This document shows positions 26,475 to 42,019 of a DNA stretch of 64,000 nt, in pieces. Under the pieces are notes generated by a model. It made no database searches, was not told the origin of the DNA, and was given only the letters and a program-made list of their open reading frames with translations. The stretch's first letter is position 1. Every line of letters starts with the position of its first letter. The DNA comes from Phallusia mammillata. Taxonomy: Eukaryota. The stretch is taken from positions 24,366,001 to 24,430,000 of the forward strand of contig OZ281496.1 in assembly GCA_965637545.1 (NCBI GenBank), written 5' to 3'. Both the position numbers and the translations under genes were made by a program.

Positions 26475-27844
26475 ATGGATTTAATAGGAGCTTGTGGAGT
26501 TTTTTGTATAGTTGGAAGTTTGTTGTTGGCATTTATTTCTCTTATAACCACCAGTTGGTTTACTTTTTCACTGAATGGTTCTCCAACACATTATTATGGA
26601 TTGTATCAATCATGCACTGTGTATGGCTGCAAAACAGACTGGTGTAAGTAATGCTGTGTTTTATTCTGTTTTTACTACTCACGTTTTGCCATCATATTTA
26701 GTTATCTTAGCAATAAATGAAATTTTGAGTGATTTTGATTTTAAACAAAAAAGCTGTTTTTGGACATTTGGACAAAATTTGTTTTTGGTACATGGTATAT
26801 GAAAATGTATATTCAACAAATGATTGTTACTGTTTCATCTGCAAGCACAATTGATCGAAATTTCGTTGCAATACATCCTAATGTCATCTTGGTCTGATAT
26901 TAAAGAAGTTTATAATGTCTGAACATTGCGCAGCTATTTCCGGCTCGGTGAATATTTTAGCGGAATTGTGCTGCTACGATTTTGCCCAGTGCAATAAACT
27001 CAACTCAAACGTACTTTCAAACATAAAATGATTTTCTACTTCTTTTTGTAAACCAGATGAAGTATTAAAAGACTCATCTTTACCCTTTTTTTAGATGAGC
27101 GAACATTTCATGGTCAAGTTGTTTTGTTTCTAACGATTGGATCAACTGCAATGTTGCTGGTTGCAGCTATTTTAACTTTAACTGCACAAATTAAATCCAG
27201 GAAATTTTTTCTCCTCATTGCTGCACCATTTTCTACCGCAGGAGGTATGTGTTGGATTTGTTTTAAATTGTATAAATGTTTCAATTGACAAACAAATCTG
27301 TGTAACCTTTTACTATTACTTCTGCTTTTAAAATTACATTTTGTTGAAATATGGTGGGAAAAATTTCAACTGAGGTCTAAAAAACAGTGGAGTGTCGTGT
27401 AGGTTATTTTTCTCCTCAAAAAATCCTGTACCCCATTATTCAATCAAAACTCTAAGGTTCTGTTAGTTTAAGCTCTTTGGTACACTATTGTGCAACAATT
27501 TAGTTCATATTGAATTTAAGAAATTATGTTTTGTGAGAGTTTTTGTTATCAATTTGGTTCTATTTTTTTGTTTTGCAACGTTTAGGCTGTTTGCTTTTGG
27601 CTGGTGCAACGCTCTACACAATCCAAGTAATGGCTGAACTGAACCAAGGCGATTTGGTTGGTACTCCAGCTTTCTATTATGGCTATGGACTGGCATGGGC
27701 AGCATGTGGTCTTTCTCTTATTGGAGCAATCTTAATGTTTGTCAATGGTTGTAGAGGTACAAGTACAAATATTATGAAAAGTTTAACTCAGACTGATAGC
27801 TGTTTTTTTGTTTAGATTCCAAGACCATGGTTGAACATTTGTGA
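26475..27844 (+). CDS. Claudin/PMP22/EMP-like tetraspan membrane protein, ~172 aa; exons 26475-26643, 27095-27244, 27586-27756, 27816-27844
   Basis: Four hydrophobic segments, first-loop W...GLYQSC...C signature, YGYGLAWAACGLSLIGAIL fourth helix. Confidence 0.8.
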
Positions 27845-28402
27845 CATGACCATGGACTTGTATGCTGTGAAGAACATTCCTTATGCTTACCTCTTAGTGT
27901 AATGCAGAGTATCTCCTACTGCATTTGTTTATGTACTTGCTTTGTTTTGAGTTGTTAATACGCATTTCTTATGACCTATTAGATTAAACTTGTGGAGTAT
28001 ATGTTGTATTTTATAAAACAAATGTTTTTCATATGCATGACAACGGTTAGCAAATATACAAAACAATAAATATTCTATGCACTGAAATAATCATATATTT
28101 CCATCCGTAAGACGGTGCTATTGAAACAAACTATTGCTTTTTGTATGTTTTTATTCATCTTTTTCGCTTAACTTTGTATCTTTTAGTATGAGCTAGCCAG
28201 CTAAAACAATTTTCTTCATTTCTATTCATTTACTGTACATGTGTTATGTTCTCTTTTGCATCTTTGTTACAATCCAGTTCCAGCTTGAACACTACCATAT
28301 TGCTCACCAATAAACTTCACTTTTATACAACCATATGTTTTGTTCACAACAAAAATAGGAGTTTATTTTAATACTGTACAAAAACATAACATAAAAGCAT
28401 TT

Positions 28403-30682
28403 TCAGTCTTCTTCCACTACTACTGGGCCCTTCACACTGGGTTTATTAGGGTTGTTGTCAATTAACCAGTCTGCAAGCCAGGTCTACAAAACAACAATAT
28501 TTGTGTTGCTTAGGCTTGGTACCAGTGTTTTTTAAGGTGTTTTGGGGGACCGAAATGGTCCAAATTTCTCCAGCGGTTTCCCAAAATGGCTATTTTTTAG
28601 GATTTAAATTAAACACTAGCGGTCTCTTAAAACTACTTAGCGGTCACCCAAACCAAACCTTAAAAAAACCTGCTTGGTACAACAGTGTTTGGCATAACAT
28701 AGATCCTAAACAAACTATATAACACATTGCACATACCATTTAGTACTCTCATTTTGGCCGTTTTGACAATATAGAAGTGACAGTTGTTTCAAAAGTTAAT
28801 TTTTCTAGATATGATACAAGTTTGATCTATAATTGAACAATAGTTTTACGTTTTGTGGAAGTTTAATGATTTAAAAATAAAGATGAACTCATCTTATTAA
28901 CAAGCACTCATTTCAATATTCCATTTAAATTTAGTTAACAAAATCATTAGTTAAAAAGACAATAATGGATTGAAGAGCAGATTAAAAACTTACCACTGGA
29001 TCGCCAGGCTTCTTTTTGCACAATTCTGTAAGTCCTTTTAACAAGGTAGCGTTCACTTCACCTGAAAGATAGTCTTTGCATTCCTGACCAGCCGCAATAG
29101 GTTCAATAACATCTAAAAACAATCACATTTCAAGAAATGAGTTTTGTTAAGTGTTTGTCCTCACGTCAACCACATAACACACAATCCTTGCGTAAATCCT
29201 AGTAATAACCTCTTGGGCAAAACATCAGTTTTTAAAGCAGCCATTGTGCTTTAGCTAACACACAAAGTGATTATAACAAAATTACATGCATGAACAAACA
29301 CTAACATACAACATGTTTAATGCCATCTTGATCTTGTTTCTTTCTGCTTTGCCTGAAAGAACTTAGTCGATAAAATACATTCTTTAAAGTTAGTCGATAA
29401 TGTCCTCTCTTTTGTAATGCTTAGTCAGTAAACCAGGTAGCATCAATTTAAATAGGAGCACAAATGTGAAAGATAGAAGTAAATTGCCAAACAGCAAGAT
29501 ACACTACTTTAAGCACAGCTTGATAAATCTTGTTGAAGATACATGTTTGCAACTATTGGGGCTTGACTGAAGCAAAATTTGGAACAAATGGTTCATGTAC
29601 CTTTGAGATTCAGGTCATACTGGTGTAAAGGTTATGTGCCAGTTACTTACTGTCATGAAACATAAAGCGTATTTCCCTCTGTGCTGATATAAAGCTGTCA
29701 CTGCCATGCACAGCATTGCGGGTCTGATCTTTGCCATATGTGTCTCTCAAACAGCCGGGATGTGTTTCCCTGGCCTGCAATAAAAACAAAGCTTTTACAG
29801 ACAAATCTTTATTTTGCAATTTGCAAGCACACAGAGTGTAGAGTGAAAATTTGCAAGCATTGTTTTACCTATTTTGTTTTTAAAAACTAACAGTGCTTTA
29901 TTATTGAGACCAATCAGATAAATATTGTGAGAACAAGGTTAGTATACATGCAAAATTGTGATCAACCCTGGAGCATTTACACAGACCTAAAATTACCCCA
30001 TTTTAATATATGCAAGGTAAAATTAAATGTGTCTTTGATAAAGCTAAACCTACCTTAAATGGGTTGGTTGGGCCAATGAGCTCCCTCCATGCACTGATGG
30101 CCTTGTCTTTGGCAAGGACATAAACGGTAATTGGGGAACTACTCATGTATGCCACAAGACTTGGAAAGAACATTTTACCATAATGCTCCACATAAAAGTC
30201 ACTTGCTTGTTCAGGAGATAGATGAACTTTTCTTTTCTGCACAACATTATTCACATCACAATATATCCGGATACAGAGTTGCAACTTGCAGGTTTCAAAT
30301 TAGAAAACAATAGAGTCCTAATCAAATTAGTGAAAGAATTTACCACATACAGATATTGCATGATTAAACTAGACTAAATTGGGAAACCATTTAAAAGAGT
30401 ATGTTGTTGAATTTATTTATGGTTGCAACGTTTCATCAATCAATAAATACATAACCATTTTTTACAAACAGTAATTTCTTTTTAAAAAAGATTATTTACA
30501 AATTGTACTACTAATAGACATACAGTTTTATTGCCTGATTTTTGCACACTTACTTGTAAAATTGTGAAGCCGTTTCGTAAAATAATGTCCTCGATTTCTG
30601 CCGCTTTGTTCATTGCATCTGGTTTGATTATTGCCAGCGTCCTCTCCACATAAATTTGTGGGGGTTTCATTTTAATTTCCAT
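28403..30682 (-). CDS. NME5: Nucleoside diphosphate kinase homolog 5 (axonemal radial-spoke NDK with Dpy-30 domain), 211 aa; exons 30682-30554, 30236-30054, 29774-29651, 29112-28994, 28483-28403
   Basis: MEIKMKPPQIYVERTLAIIKPD, FYVEHYGKMFFPSL, RNAVHGSD, and a Dpy-30 region TLLKGLTELCKKKPGDPVTWLADWL closely follow NME5. Confidence 0.93.
28523..28672. mobile_element. 150-bp hAT MITE in an NME5 intron
   Basis: TIR CAGTGTTTTTTAAGGT / ACCTTAAAAAAACCTG; perfect 8-bp TSD CTTGGTAC. Confidence 0.85.
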
Positions 30683-30799
30683 TCTTTCTTTGTTGTCCTC
30701 GTCCGATATTGATGAACTTCCGCCGCTAATACTGTATTTACGACAATAAAAAGTAAATTCAGTAGCCCAATGAAAGTTAATTTTTGTCTTTATACCTCG

Positions 30800-30815
30800 G
30801 TTGCTAAGAGACAAC
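30800..30815. promoter_or_regulatory. Possible RFX X-box upstream of NME5
   Basis: GTTGCTAAGAGACAAC about 120 bp upstream of the ATG of a motile-cilia gene; imperfect match to the X-box consensus. Confidence 0.35.
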
Positions 30816-30966
30816 ATATCCGCAACAGTACAATATTTTTTTAATGTTTTATTACATTATTAAATATGCAGCGGTTGTAGGGACATGTGACAGTTGATAT
30901 TACACAAAAAATATTTATATTGCTGTGAATATTTTGTTCTGCAAATTAATCATTTACTGTCAATCT

Positions 30967-31441
30967 TTATGTTTTTCGTGTTTGGAGTGTACGTGACATA
31001 GAGACAATATTCAAAATATATTTTTTTTGTCTTGCAATATCTACAATTTTACCTAAACAGTGTTGGAGTGTTGTGTAAAACTAACATATCTAATCGATTT
31101 TTTTTAAATAATATTTTTTTACTGATCCCGGTGAGCATCAATCGGAGCCCTTGGCGGTTCACATTTACAAATCCAGGGCTGGGAACCAATGAAACAAACA
31201 AAATGTTATTTTGGGGACAAACGTGCTACAATGGACGCTACCTGCTTAATCCACTAGGAGGTCTTTCCGTGTCTTGCCCATCGTGCGCCATAATATCGTC
31301 TTCATCTCCGTCCGTAAACATGTTGCTTTGACAAAATTTATCCTTTGCTACCGACAGGTCTAAGAAAGAAACGATTAGGTAGCCTGCGATCACGGCAGTT
31401 AATCCTCCACATAACGCAACCGCTAAATTTACGCGAACCAT
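30967..31441 (-). CDS. Putative small single-TM protein of unknown family (model: exons 31441-31242, 31178-31123, 31052-30967; ~113 aa)
   Basis: ATG followed by a hydrophobic helix (LAVALCGGLTAVIAGYLIVSFL) and an acidic stretch; two short GT-AG introns (63 and 70 nt) keep frame. No homology recognised; 3' exons uncertain. Confidence 0.4.
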
Positions 31442-32273
31442 TGCCTAAAATTTTACTGAGCAACTGTGTTTTACACACGACTGCGCTGGGGTAAGTGTGT
31501 GACTTCCTCTGGCGTTTGTTCGACCATAACTGACACATAATATTACCAGTAACTCATTCCCGTTCCTAGTCAAATCTACATTTCTCGTAGAATTAGCTAA
31601 TTGTCATTTTCCCTTGCATAATTACATCTGGTACAATGGACTATCTCGTCTAATGATTCGTTAACGGTGGCTTACGTATAACTGTATCCACAGGTTGTCA
31701 GGGAAATGTAACTCAATCTGACATCGGATAGCGTAACGGTGAACACTTCAAAGCCTAAATGATAAGAACAATCAGTATAAGATTACATTCATTTCTTTCT
31801 TCGCATCCGACAGGGTTTTTGCCTTGATAGTAAAACCAAAATGGCTTATTTTACCAACAAAAGATTCTGCAATGTCGTAAATATTCACTTTGCCTTATAT
31901 TGGTATAATATCAATGTAGTGTTGCCTATTTTTTTGTTTAGGCAATTTTACAAATTCATTGTATTATAAGCTGATTGGAGACAGTGTAGGTGCTATCAGG
32001 TGACATACCATGTGCCAAAACCTGTCCCATAAGGTAAAAAGCCACTGAAAATGCACTTAACGTATGGTTGAATTGATTCTAAATTATTTTAAATTTTAAT
32101 TTGTGAACAGGGTAAAATATCGGCAATTATTATTTTTTCATGTTTTTTAGCAACGTTTAAAGTTTTACTGAGCCTTCTACCTTGAAACGAAACGTTTTTA
32201 ACGAGATACGTATTAGTTTTAACGGAGGGCGCTAGTGCGCAACAACATCTCGATTCCAAAATCGCATCGGGTT

Positions 32274-32300
32274 CTTTTTTTGGACGCGGGAGGTGCACTG
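32274..32300 (+). promoter_or_regulatory. Probable TCT/5'-TOP start and non-coding first exon of RPS15A
   Basis: Pyrimidine run CTTTTTTT followed by donor CTG|GTATGT at 32301; acceptor at 32662-63 just before the ATG. Confidence 0.55.
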
Positions 32301-32502
32301 GTATGTTACCATATGATAAACTTTTTGTATCCTTTTAAATCCTTTTAAAATATAATTTTAAGCTAACTTTCATTGTTAGTATCCATCAAAACGTATACAA
32401 ATAATCCATTCGCACAAGTTTGACACAAAAAAACTTAAAAGACCCACAGTGGTGTAAGCCAAAACAGAACATTTTAAGCCGATTTGATTTTTGCCATTTG
32501 TT

Positions 32503-32588
32503 GGTATTGCTTATAAGGATGTCAATGCGTGGAATCTCTCTGATTTACAAGTGAGAAGAAAATCTAAGCTTTCTGATTGAGCAATACC
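32503..32588 (+). ncRNA. Intronic C/D box snoRNA, SNORD79-like, copy 1 (degenerate C box)
   Basis: Terminal stem GGTATTGCT/AGCAATACC, C-like AGGATGT, guide GCGTGGAATCTCT + D' CTGA, C'-like GTGAGAA, D CTGA. Confidence 0.6.
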
Positions 32589-32641
32589 ATCTGTTTTATA
32601 TTAAGCAAACCTCAATTAATATTTATTTGTTTCAAAGTTGA

Positions 32642-35949
<3,308 letters not shown>

Positions 35950-37251
35950 TGGCAAAATAAAAATATAGCAAAGCTGCAGTACCCTTTGTCTTTTGTGATC
36001 TCCTCAGGTGAATAAGAATTTCAAGCATAAAGATTCAAGACAATGCGAATAGGAAGTCAAGCATAGCTGCATAACAAGTTGTATGAAAGCTCATGTATGC
36101 AATGCAAATGCAAGCATGATTAAGGTTAGAAAGTTTTGTGCAGAAAAAGGGGTGTTTTGGCGCCACATAGCAACTGAATGGTCGTTGAAAAAACGTTCAC
36201 TAAATGGCGCTATGTACCTTTCCAAGCACAATATCGAAGTTGCTTTCATGTCAAACTGTTTACTTCTGGGGTATGAATTATGTCCCTAAATATTGAAAGT
36301 ACCGAAGCAATTTTGGTTTAACAGACCTAGTAAGCAGTATGAAAAGGCAATGTTTAACAAAATTTAAATTGTGGTGCTAACACATGCAAAAAGGTACCCA
36401 TTTTAACGTACCTATTTTGGCGGAACATGAAAATGCCAGGCAAACAGTTTTACAAAACAACAAAGATGCAATTCTGGTTTGGATGCATTGACCTTGTTTA
36501 TCTTCTAAATTAAGAATACGCAACTACAGTGGGGTTACCATGTCTTGGTTAGCGGAATTCCTGACAGTTTCGATAAATCTTTGGAGACGCCAAAATAGTT
36601 ACATAAGATGTTGCTACATGTTACACGAGCTCAAACGGTTCCATTATTGTCAAAGGCAAGATAGTATTGGGGCGGACCGGTCCCTTTAACAGGGTTTTGT
36701 TTGCTTTTGAGAAAGCAAAAAATCGCCTTATTCATGCTCGTGAGTTTCACATGCAGACTATATCGTGCATCAAAATCCTCACAGAAGACAATGTGAACCT
36801 ATTAAAGATCTTAAAATTTCAAGAGATAGTAATTACATTTAGTATATTAGGAAACCTTTCTTAAAAGAAAGTTGCTACACAGTACCAAGTGCAAAGATAG
36901 GGTTACGGACACCAAATAATTTATTTTCCTAGCACACGCATTGGTTGACAAGTAACACAATCCACCCGTTTCAACGTTAAATATTCATTGCTCACGAGAG
37001 CACGGTGCTGTAATTAGCGCAGCAATTTACACGACAGGTTTTGCCGAGCGCTTTCCTCGTGGCAAATTAGTTAAACCACTGACCCTAAATAATGCTTGTC
37101 GTAGTTGCAGATTTGAGTTGGTTCAAAGGTGTAGGTTACGGAATATCTAGGCTACACTTGGTATATACTGAGGTGTATATTGCGATTTTGATGGAAGCAG
37201 TGGTTTTGTTTAAATCTTGTAGATGCTATTTTTGTTTGCAATAACGTAAAG

Positions 37252-37487
37252 CAGGGGTCGGCAACCTTTTTTGCACTGCGGACCGCTTTTGAAATGAAAA
37301 TTTTACCGCGGACCGGTCATAAAAAAAACTACAAATATTTAGCAATAAAAAACGCTTAAATTAGTTTATCATCCCCGAAATACATGGGCAAAATGTTCAT
37401 AGCATTTAACCTGAAAAATTATACGGCCCGGTAACGAACTCCTCGCGGACCGGTACCGGGCCGCGGACCGGCGGTTGCCGACCACTG
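37252..37487. mobile_element. hAT MITE; diverged relative at ~60990-61181
   Basis: TIR CAGGGGTCGGCAACC / GGTTGCCGACCACTG; TSD ACGTAAAG/ACGCAAAG. Confidence 0.85.
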
Positions 37488-40400
37488 ACGCAAAGCATAA
37501 ATTATAGGCGAAATTGTGATTAAGAAATGTTTATGGAGTTGTTAATTGATTGGCTTTGTAAAGTATTGGGCCAGAAGGTCCTTGAATTAAGGTTTACCAA
37601 ATATACGTTTCCATTTCTTTTACGTGTTTCGGTACAACAGATTTGGAATATAACCAAATTTGAATGACATAAATAGTACAACAATATTAGTGTTAACAAT
37701 GTGTCTTGTTGGAGCTGAAATACATTTGCTGGGTTAATTACTTTCTCGTAATAATTGTTGTTTGGATTTATAGTACAATTTCAGGTAGTAAAACGCCAAC
37801 ACACAACAAATGTGTCATTTATAACTTCTAGCCGATTGGTTTACTGCTTTTTAAGGCACCTTTTGTTAAACAGCATTATACGTACAGTAATCGGTGTATT
37901 ACACCTATTTTAAAAGCGTAATCTTCCGCATTATTTATCATAAGGTTAAAAAAGGACACTTTCATAAACCGGTTATGATCTCAACAGCAGTTCGCATGGA
38001 AGCCATTGTGTCACGGATTAAGTCCTGGACGACGGTTTCTTTGATGAATTACAACAACCTTTTGCGTGTATGCTGAAATAAAATGTCAATGCGCGTTACC
38101 AAGTAATTCGCTACGGTTCTGTTAACCTAAACAATAGTACAATTTCGAAAGAAAGGTCCGCAAATCACCAGTTCGGAAACCCTAATTGCCTTTGCGATGT
38201 TGGGTAACGATAAAGAACGCCATTCCCATGTTATATTAGCATTCAGTCTGACGAAGGTGTAAGGAATAGAGATAAAGTCCGTTAGTGAATGACTTGTCTG
38301 CATAGCAAGTAGTAGCAATATGTTCCGGCTTAAAATTAAGGTTTTCGTAAAATTAGGTAAAAATAAAACAGTTACATGTCATTTAAGAAGTTTACATTTC
38401 TGTACGTTTACGTTTTTTAACACGTAGATTTGGATTTAGACTTTTTAGGTTGCGCGTTTGTATGCCGCGTATTTGTTGTTTGTTAGTTTGATGTTGTCAA
38501 AGCCATTCAAACAGTGTATGCGCCTGTAAAATGATAAAGTTCATTTACGAACAAATAAACTTAGTAAAAGCCACTTGTGGCCCAGTGGTTATTTTGCCCA
38601 CGCAAACAAATAGCCTGATATTTTCCCCTGAGATGCTCGTCCTAAACTCGTCTAGTAACCGATGACGTAGACAGTATGATTTCGCATGAGTGTTTTCGCA
38701 ACGTAGGTCCAACGTCAGATACTATGTGAAGCCATACAACAAAATACATGTACTGCAGTAACCTGGTCTTGATGTATTACTTTTGACAGTTATGCATCAG
38801 AAAATTGGTGCAAATTTTGCGATAAAGTTGTTGTGTTTAGTGTTGTTGCAGTTTTGGTGAGGTGTGCAATAGTTTTTATTCCTGTCCGACATTTCAAATT
38901 TTGATTCAGTGTTTTTACATGACATTTTACACATTTACATGCGACATTTTACATGATTTTCTACAAAGAGAAAATTGCTCTGGATAAGTTAGTCTAGCCT
39001 GATGTGTTTATTTCTGGTAACTGTATTGATTACAACTTTATAATTAGTTATAAATTTGAAACCAATCGGTTTTTGCGGGCTTTGACCACAAAAACTTTTC
39101 TTGTTAATGTTTATGCCTTAGCTAAGAAGCAATGTGTCGTTCCGATTTCTAAGCCGTGTAGTGTTCCGTTATTTAGCCGAGTTGACAAAAAAGTCGTACT
39201 CGTGTTGACCTCTTATACTTATAGGGTCCATTTGGTTCAGTCATAGGGGCACGACGTTTATCTATTGCCGCCTTGTTGAACGATGATCGTGTCCACTTTA
39301 AACTAAACCGCTTAGCACAGGTCTTTTAGTCATGCATTGAAACTGCAAGTCATTGCATGTTACAAGGGGTCGTCTTTGTCCGAAATGGTAAAGTTAAAGC
39401 ATCGCATAGGTAAAATTGCCGCTTGCAGATTTTCATTGTATGTCGGCTTTGCACAAGGCGCGCGTTTCTATTGTAAGTGTTTGTGACCCGAGAGTTGATT
39501 TATTGTGGTAAGGCGTCTAAACTCAAACAAAAAAAAACTTTTGTGTCCTTTATTTACTTTATGGTCTTTGCAAACGCACAGTTTGGGTGCGCTTCATTTC
39601 CTAGTTATTTACAAAAATTGCATATCCCTATATTTAATGTGATATATTCACATATCACTGATGATGGAATGAGCATTTGCCACAACCATTGAATAAAATA
39701 ACATGTCGCTTTTTACGTCTATTTAGGCCGTGGCTTCCCTCTTTAAACGTTTACATAGTTGGTTGATACTGGGGACACGAAATATACTTCACATTATTCT
39801 GTTTTGGCTTTATAGTGCGGAAGAATATAGGAATTGCTATGACAAAGCCGTACCAGGGCAATAAATTTGAACTTTCAAAGCATTACATAAGTATGGTATA
39901 ATTTGTACCACAAGTTAATGCGCGTTACATGATTTTTTTTCCACGCCAGTAAAAGTATGGGTCAGAGGTGTAAACAGGCCTGAAACTTGGAACCAATCTT
40001 AAAACCCGGCTCGAATCCTATTTTTTCGAAAAAACGAAGACCGAATTGATTAGATTGGAGATCTGGTAAAAAAGCGGAAAGAATGATGAAAAAAAATGAA
40101 GTGTAAAGTCACGCCCGAACAAGGCCCATTATATTGAAACACAAGGCCGAATTTGGCCTCAAATCGAACTTAAAGCATGGCCTGGCCCTGGCATGAGTTC
40201 GCCTACTACGGAATTGGCTTATCCGTTAACAGCGCACGTGCAACGTTGTGGCAGATAATGACATAAGGCTAGGAAGCAGAATTCAGTCTGCGATTGTAGT
40301 AAAACGCCGATCGGTTTCAAAAAACGTGTAATGTCGCCCCACAACCATTCTTGTCCCTCATTTGCATATTTTTTTTGCAGCAAGGTTTTTCCTCCGTTCG

Positions 40401-40495
40401 GCAATTGTTTGCATGCGCTTGGTTACCTTTTGAACCGATTGTATCATTTCGCGATTTCGGGAACGGGGTTTTTAGCTGTGGCTGTATTTCACATA

Positions 40496-40679
40496 CAGTA
40501 AATCTCGGTTAATCCGGACCCGTTTGGACCAAAAAATTGTCTGAAGTAGGCGAAGATCTGGATTAATGGTTGTCGAATAGTTCAAGTCTAACCACATTAA
40601 AAATTATTTATACCTCGAGTTTGGTCCAAATTAGGCGAAGATACGGATTAACCCAATCAGGTTTAACCGAGAGTTACTG
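40496..40679. mobile_element. Tc1/mariner (Tigger/pogo-like) MITE family; other copies at ~43659-43785, 45614-45788, 49610-49733 and a fragment at ~1-120
   Basis: TIR CAGTAAATCTCGGTTAA / TTAACCGAGAGTTACTG flanked by TA; shared internal GGACC/GGATTAACC blocks in all copies. Confidence 0.8.
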
Positions 40680-41958
40680 TATTTGGTTTTATTTAGAAAA
40701 CAAATCGTCGCAATAAAATGTCTTCGTTGTTTTCCCACATCTTTGGCCATTTTTAGGAACATTATACACGGACTTTGATTTAGTAAACAATTTTTTTATG
40801 TGTATGCATATTTTTGGCATATCTTGAAATGTCAGCAATTTAAGTTCGTTTTACGTAAGGAACTGAAGATGCCAAGTAGGTCTGTAGCCACGCATAAATG
40901 CTAAAAAAACATTTAGGCCATCAGCAGAGCGCAAATGATAAAAACGGGCGTTGTACCATGTTCCGGGTAAAGTCTTTTTGTAAAGTTTGTTTGCTGATTT
41001 TTTGGCGACATAACCTAGCATTTGTTAACTGCTCTCGTGGCAAATACTAAATATCTTTAGAGATTTATTTTGAGAGCGACTGCCGTTCTGCTATTGTGCA
41101 ATGTTTGCTTTTCTTAATTAATAGCTTGCCTGGATTTGGGCGTGTTTATGGACGCATACCTCCACGACAATGAAATTTTTATTTGTTGATGGCAACCAGA
41201 AATATTACAAAGTCTTTGAAATATTGACATTGGACTGAGAATGACGACGTGTTTATCTTGTCATCAGAAATGACGACGTGTTTATCTTGTCATAGCTGAT
41301 TGTTTAGTATTGTTCTGGATCTATGGTTTAGTCTCATTTTTTTCATGTTAATTCATTAAATAGCCAGGGCCTAACGTAAAGGGCCAAATTGATTTTAGAG
41401 GGTTTTAGTTTAGTGCTGAAATATAACGTATACTAAGGTGTGAAAAGCGTTTATGGGTGATTAAAAAACGTTTCGTAAGTTACTACTTTTTTAGGTAGAC
41501 AACTACAAGTTATGTTAAAGAAGTGGTATTCAATAGTTCCTAATTCCCTAATTATGAAAAAATGTGATTCTTAAAATGCAAGGTTTAGTTTTTCTATTGA
41601 CTGACAGGCGTCATTTGTTTTCGTGTATTATTACATTTAAGTTTTTTGGTCCCTATGGTTGCCACTTGTAACTATAGTGGTAATAAGACCTGCGCCGAAT
41701 GTATCGAATTTGATAGTCTTGCTGCAGTATTAGCTGTAATAAAAAATTCATTACTTGAATTTGAGAAGGTTTTCAATCATTGATGCCGTAAAATGCATCT
41801 GGTTTTGAATATCTTTTTTCGTTTAGTTAGAAAGGCATTTGCAGTGGTTCTTAACCGATGGGAAATTTCCCACCAGTTGGAGATTATGTACATATGCACA
41901 GGGAAAGTGTACCTTAAGTGTTGTTGATGTTTTACTCGTATATCTAAAATCGTGTTAG

Positions 41959-42019
41959 TGTACTTTACCCTGATGAAGGCCACCTGTTTAGGACGTCGAA
42001 ACGTCGGTATGAAAATACA
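41959..42019 (+). ncRNA. Minimal type I hammerhead ribozyme motif
   Basis: TACC-CTGATGA-A-GGC..CCT gttt AGG..GTC-GAAAC-GTC-GGTA; stem I TACC/GGTA extendable; stem II imperfect. Confidence 0.5.

Noticed and set aside
29290-29610. Possible extra NME5 exons in intron 3
   Set aside because: Phases incompatible or stops in frame; the five-exon model already gives a full-length NME5.
31340-31441. Resemblance of the small ORF N-terminus to TOM20
   Set aside because: Only generic hydrophobic similarity; the D-RKRR-DP motif and the rest of TOM20 are absent.
41250-41305. Direct repeat AATGACGACGTGTTTATCTTGTCAT x2
   Set aside because: Simple local tandem duplication with no further structure.
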